From contig CAZXFI010000005.1 of assembly GCA_964640225.1 (NCBI GenBank), positions 14,749-64,184 of the forward strand: DNA of 49,436 nt, given 5' to 3'. The notes under the pieces are model-generated. The model saw only the letters and a list, made by a program, of their open reading frames with translations, did not search any database and was not told the DNA's origin. Shown here one piece after another: positions 45,587 to 49,436 of this stretch (its first letter is position 1; each line of letters opens with the position of its first letter). Position numbers and translations under genes: made by a program. This stretch comes from an uncultured archaeon (lineage in GTDB: Archaea > Aenigmatarchaeota > Aenigmatarchaeia > PWEA01 > JAGHBM01).

Positions 45587-46381
45587 TTATCTGCCCTTCT
45601 TCCTGAGCTGGAGGTAGAAATGGGTCTGGGCGTTTACTGAAAACGCCACGGCTATGCCCATTCCAGCGACCATGAATATCAGCGCCGGGACGAGCGAGCA
45701 GGCGTTTGAAATCAGGACCCCAAGTATTTCCGAGCCCCCTGCGGCCGAGGACATGCCTTCCAGCGCGGGCACCACGCTTACGAAGAAGACAAACAGAAGG
45801 GGGAGGACGAATATGAAAACAATCAGCAAGGAGAGCAAGGATATTATTAACCACGCCAGGAAAACATCCACCGGGGCTTTCCTGAATATCTTGTAGGACT
45901 TGGATAGCGCCTTGTCAAACGCCATCTTGCCAGCAACAACCGCCGGCATGGCGAAGAAGAACACCAAACCCACAATTATGGAAAAAACCCAGCCCACGTA
46001 GGGCACGATTCCCACGAAGAAGGATGCCAGGCCCGCAATCACGCCCACTCCCAGAAGGGAGAAGTATCTTTTCCTTGAAACCGCCCAGCTTTTTGCGAAG
46101 TCCTTTGGCTTCACGGACTGGTGTATGAGCGCGCCCATTATGTAAATCCTCAAGAGAATCCACACTATGTAAGTGCAGAAAAGCACCGCAACCATCCCAA
46201 TTATGGGGGACAGGGCGGCGTAGCCCGAGGCGGAAGAAACCGCGCTCAGGGCGAGCACGTTTGACATCAGGTAAGCCAGAACTGATATGAGCACAACAGA
46301 ATCCAGTGCGAACAGCGGAACCCATCTCTTCGGGTCCACCGAAAATCTCAACGCCCTGCCTACGGTCTTGCCGTAATCCAT
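45587..46381 (-). CDS. Multi-pass membrane protein (GDPD-membrane/DUF7847-like)
   Basis: About 6 TM helices, ALSKSYKI and FYLQL motifs; start MDYGKT. Confidence 0.7.
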   Translation of the reverse strand: MDYGKTVGRALRFSVDPKRWVPLFALDSVVLISVLAYLMSNVLALSAVSSASGYAALSPIIGMVAVLFCTYIVWILLRIYIMGALIHQSVKPKDFAKSWAVSRKRYFSLLGVGVIAGLASFFVGIVPYVGWVFSIIVGLVFFFAMPAVVAGKMAFDKALSKSYKIFRKAPVDVFLAWLIISLLSLLIVFIFVLPLLFVFFVSVVPALEGMSSAAGGSEILGVLISNACSLVPALIFMVAGMGIAVAFSVNAQTHFYLQLRKKGR

Positions 46382-46424
46382 GACATTATTTTGTGCCGCT
46401 TGCTTAAAAAAGTTTTCCTGGCCC

Positions 46425-47495
46425 CTAGAGAAACTCCAGCAGGTCCGCCTTCTTTTGCGCAAGCTCCTCGCTGAAAATTGAGTAGCCCAGCCACTCCCCC
46501 GAGTCAAACGAGAAAAGGAACAAATCCGTGTCCGTTATTATCTCGTAGATGTAAGAGGAAGGCAAGTTTTTGTAATTCTTCCCGTTGACCAGGGATATTC
46601 CGGACGAGCCGTGAAGAAGCCCCAGGTACTCACCTGTCTGCGGCTCTATGACCGGGGATTTCTCCAGCTCCTCTATCTCCTCCTTTTCCACAATCTTTTC
46701 TTTTGTAAACGCTATAACGCAGTGGCCCGCTACCCTGCCCTGGTTCGGGTCGTAAACCCTGCCGCAAACCACGCTGGGATAAATGCAACCCGGCTTCAGC
46801 TCAACCGCCTCGGCCCCCTCAAAGTACCAGCTTTTCCCGTAGTTCAGCCAGTACCCATCCAACGGGTTATCCGTTTCCACCCATCCCTCCAAAACCGCCG
46901 AATCCCCGCACTCCTCAAGCACGGAGTTGAACTCGGCCTTGTAGAAAAGCGAGTAGTCCTCGCAGTCGCCCCCTTTGTTTTCTATGAAGTCCTCCAGGCT
47001 CTGCAGCTTGTCCGTTTGGCCGCTGGTTTCCGTGTCCTGCTTGTACTCATAACCCAGGTATTCGGAGTTTACCAGGTAGAAGCACCCTGTTTTTATAACG
47101 CAGGACTCCACGCACTCGTTCTCCAGCCTTCTTTTTATTCTGGAGTGCTCCTCGCCCAGGACGGAGTTCTGGCTGAACCATTCCATCGAGTCCTCTAGGT
47201 CGCTCTCGTACTGTTCTATCTTGCCTATAGTCTCCTCTACCTCTCCTTCCAGCACCTCGTAGGATTCCCTGAGCTCGGAGTTCTCCTGCTCCAGGTTCTC
47301 CACCTCGCTCTCCAGGTCAGAAACGTTCTGCTCCAGCTTTCCTATCCTGGCCCCGGCCTGCTCCCTGTACGAGCCGTATTCCAGATTGAGCATCTCGTAG
47401 TCCTCCTGGAGGGAAAAGAACATGTAGTAAAGCGATATCGCAAGAAAAACCAGTATCGTTATGACGGCCCAGTCCGTTCTCCTGTCCATGAACAT
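46425..47495 (-). CDS. Membrane-anchored coiled-coil protein with transglutaminase-like/papain-fold domain
   Basis: TM, coiled coil, GGDCEDYS, GHCV, IEPQ putative Cys-His-acid triad. Confidence 0.75.
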   Translation of the reverse strand: MFMDRRTDWAVITILVFLAISLYYMFFSLQEDYEMLNLEYGSYREQAGARIGKLEQNVSDLESEVENLEQENSELRESYEVLEGEVEETIGKIEQYESDLEDSMEWFSQNSVLGEEHSRIKRRLENECVESCVIKTGCFYLVNSEYLGYEYKQDTETSGQTDKLQSLEDFIENKGGDCEDYSLFYKAEFNSVLEECGDSAVLEGWVETDNPLDGYWLNYGKSWYFEGAEAVELKPGCIYPSVVCGRVYDPNQGRVAGHCVIAFTKEKIVEKEEIEELEKSPVIEPQTGEYLGLLHGSSGISLVNGKNYKNLPSSYIYEIITDTDLFLFSFDSGEWLGYSIFSEELAQKKADLLEFL

Positions 47496-47741
47496 TTCTT
47501 GGTTGCCGTGGTTTTTAAAAGCCGGTTATTTTCTTAAAATATTTGACCTGGAAAGACGTTTTACAATAGTAAAATAAAAAACAGAACTGGGTACAATAGT
47601 CTAAAATTTCTAACTTATTTAAACTTCAATTGGTAGCGGGTTTTTATAATTTTTTAATTTTATTTTTGTAGGGCACAAGATGACACGAACCGGAAACCGG
47701 ATTATTTCTTGGAACTTCCCTTAAAAGAGAGGTGATTTTTA

Positions 47742-47873
47742 ATGCCGAGAGATGGGGATACAATAAACACTTACTGCCCTAAGTGCGATGCGACCACGGA
47801 GCATGTCTACCATTCCGGGGTTTTCCTTCCCGGGAAATGGCACTGCCTGGGGCATGAGTGCTGCCGAAAATAA
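47742..47873 (+). CDS. Cys/His-rich zinc-finger microprotein (43 aa)
   Basis: Manual translation MPRDGDTINTYCPKCDATTEHVYHSGVFLPGKWHCLGHECCRK; GAGGTGA RBS. Confidence 0.65.
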   Translation: MPRDGDTINTYCPKCDATTEHVYHSGVFLPGKWHCLGHECCRK

Positions 47874-47893
47874 TTCGCTTTTGAGGTGAAAAA

Positions 47894-48103
47894 ATGGGTA
47901 GCGAAGAGTACAGGGAATGGAGAAGTAGCATACGGCCGGATGAAATTACAGAAAGCAGCAAGGTTGCGGGCAGCTATAAAGTCTGGTGCAACTTGAGGCA
48001 GTGCACCTGCAAGTTTATTCCGACCAATGTGAACAACGTTTCAAGCCACGAATACGTCGGGCTGGGCTGCAGCAGCTCCTGCAGAAAAACAACCAGGAGA
48101 TAA
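47894..48103 (+). CDS. Small Cys-rich protein (69 aa)
   Basis: GAGGTGA RBS; WCNLRQCTC...GC...C. Confidence 0.6.
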   Translation: MGSEEYREWRSSIRPDEITESSKVAGSYKVWCNLRQCTCKFIPTNVNNVSSHEYVGLGCSSSCRKTTRR

Positions 48104-48211
48104 GTACTGAGCCTGGTTGGAGCTTGAAAAAAGAATTTAAGGGCTTGGCATAGCTATATCTCCATGCCTGGCCACAGAGTTACTCCAAAAAAGAACTTAA
48201 AAAACGTGAGA

Positions 48212-48687
48212 CTAGACAAAAACCGCACCTATTCAGTCCCCGGCATAATGCGTTGCCGCTATGACTATCAGGGTAATAGCCAGGTGCTCCGCAACAACTT
48301 TCAACGATCCTGTCTTTTCCATCCTTGCAACGTAAAAATTCAGCGCCGTCAGGATGATCAGACTCCAGACTATGCTCGCGATTATTGCGGTTTGAAGCTC
48401 CAGAAGCATCACGGGTATCACAAAAGTGAGCGCAAAAACAAACTTGGCGATGAAAGTGCAGGCGGTTGACTCCCACACCTCCCTGTGCGTGTGCTTGTTT
48501 TCCGACTCCTCCGAGACGTGTATCCCAGGGCATCGGAGAATGCGTCTGCTATCGCTATGGTCAGTATACCCCCTATGATGACAGGCGGCGAGTGGGTCCC
48601 GGCATGCAGGCCCACGATAAGGCCCAGGGTGGTGATTATCCCCGAAGTCGTGCCGAAGCACAGCCCTGTCCTCAGCGATTCCCTCAT
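48212..48687 (-). pseudogene. VIT1/CCC1-family transporter pseudogene (frameshift + nonsense)
   Basis: MRESLRTGLCFGTTSGIITTLG...ADAFSDALG continues as IHVSEESE...THYAGD only after a frame change near 48523; in-frame TGA at 48233 where Trp is expected, then IGAVFV-stop. Confidence 0.8.
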
Positions 48688-48851
48688 AAGATTAGTTGCG
48701 GTTTGGTATTTAAAAATCTGTCCGGGTTATCGTTAATTAGCATCCGTAATCTTGGGTCCAATCTTCATCAGAGAATTCACTTTCATCGCAAAATCTGGTG
48801 TCTATATATCCTAGCCCGTTATACAAAAGTTCAGCATTAAGATTTTTTCCT

Positions 48852-49436
48852 TTAAGAATACTTCCTTTTGAGATGTTTTATAACTGGACTTAACATTTTC
48901 CTTGTAAATCTTTTTAATGAATTTTTATTTTCAATAACCCTTGCTATATATGGACTAATTGAATAATAAATTTCAATAAAAATGTTTCCTAAAAAAGAAT
49001 TTTTTAAAGAGGCGTCTCTCCAATTTTTAAGTACTTTGATTTCATCAGAAAATGGTGTACCATAAGCAGCAGTCGCAATAAAACATCCTTTAGAAGATTT
49101 ATCAACAAGTGAATAATCATATAATTTTTCTCCTTCTTCAAAACCATAATATTCATCTAATATCCTGAACACTTTTTCACTGGTTTTATTTATAGACCTA
49201 CAAATCCATGTATTTACTTCAAAAGAAACTCCTTGGTCTGTAGTTTTTTCAGTTAAAAATGACTCAGAAGTTGTAATCCAATTAATAATTTCGATTTGTT
49301 TATCGTCTAAATCCTCGACTTTTATAAAGAAATTACCTTCTTCCAGAGGGACAATTTCAACAGTTTGTTTTTCATTAAAACCAAATAAACAAATAGGATA
49401 ATTTTTAGATTTTAGAGAATTATATATTCTGCCTTG
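48852..49436 (-). CDS. CFI-box-CTERM domain protein (5' truncated by window edge), AT-rich
   Basis: Frame open from the window end (QGRIYNSLKSKNYPICLFG...); C-terminal SSKGCFIATAAYG...LKNWRD...G..FIEIYY.ISP. Confidence 0.85.
   Translation of the reverse strand, partial: QGRIYNSLKSKNYPICLFGFNEKQTVEIVPLEEGNFFIKVEDLDDKQIEIINWITTSESFLTEKTTDQGVSFEVNTWICRSINKTSEKVFRILDEYYGFEEGEKLYDYSLVDKSSKGCFIATAAYGTPFSDEIKVLKNWRDASLKNSFLGNIFIEIYYSISPYIARVIENKNSLKRFTRKMLSPVIKHLKRKYS

Noticed and set aside
32-49172. Numerous antisense or alternate-frame ORFs in the track (e.g. 363..896, 12090..12752, 22419..23123, 27197..27826, 34647..35330)
   Set aside because: They are shadows of well-supported genes on the other strand or frame and have no recognisable motifs

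Overview
Archaeal genomic window of roughly 50% GC by eye. Archaeal markers include rpl40e, rpl44e, rps27e, aIF-2alpha, Nop10, RpoK, RFC-S, GINS, Dph6 and BHB-intron tRNAs; the gene style suggests a DPANN/Aenigmarchaeota-like lineage (inference). Contents from left to right: a cyclophilin and an oxidative-stress cluster (rubrerythrin, ferritin-like, hemerythrin); secreted/surface proteins; a 13-gene Mrp-Mbh group 4 [NiFe]-hydrogenase operon (mbhA-M, no mbhN) interrupted by a pilin-like beta-helix protein that ends in a Hint (intein-like) domain; two tRNA genes broken by 2 and 3 introns; housekeeping and translation genes; a large surface papain-family protease; CorA; Zn-finger microproteins; a VIT1 pseudogene; and the edge of an AT-rich island. 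Two candidates stand out. (1) A family of hairpin-rich tRNA introns shares a conserved 5' leader across different tRNAs and different insertion positions, and one contains a nested BHB motif. (2) The pilin-adhesin-Hint(HNK-stop) protein may autoprocess or covalently couple itself to a target. All calls come from reading the sequence; no searches were run.
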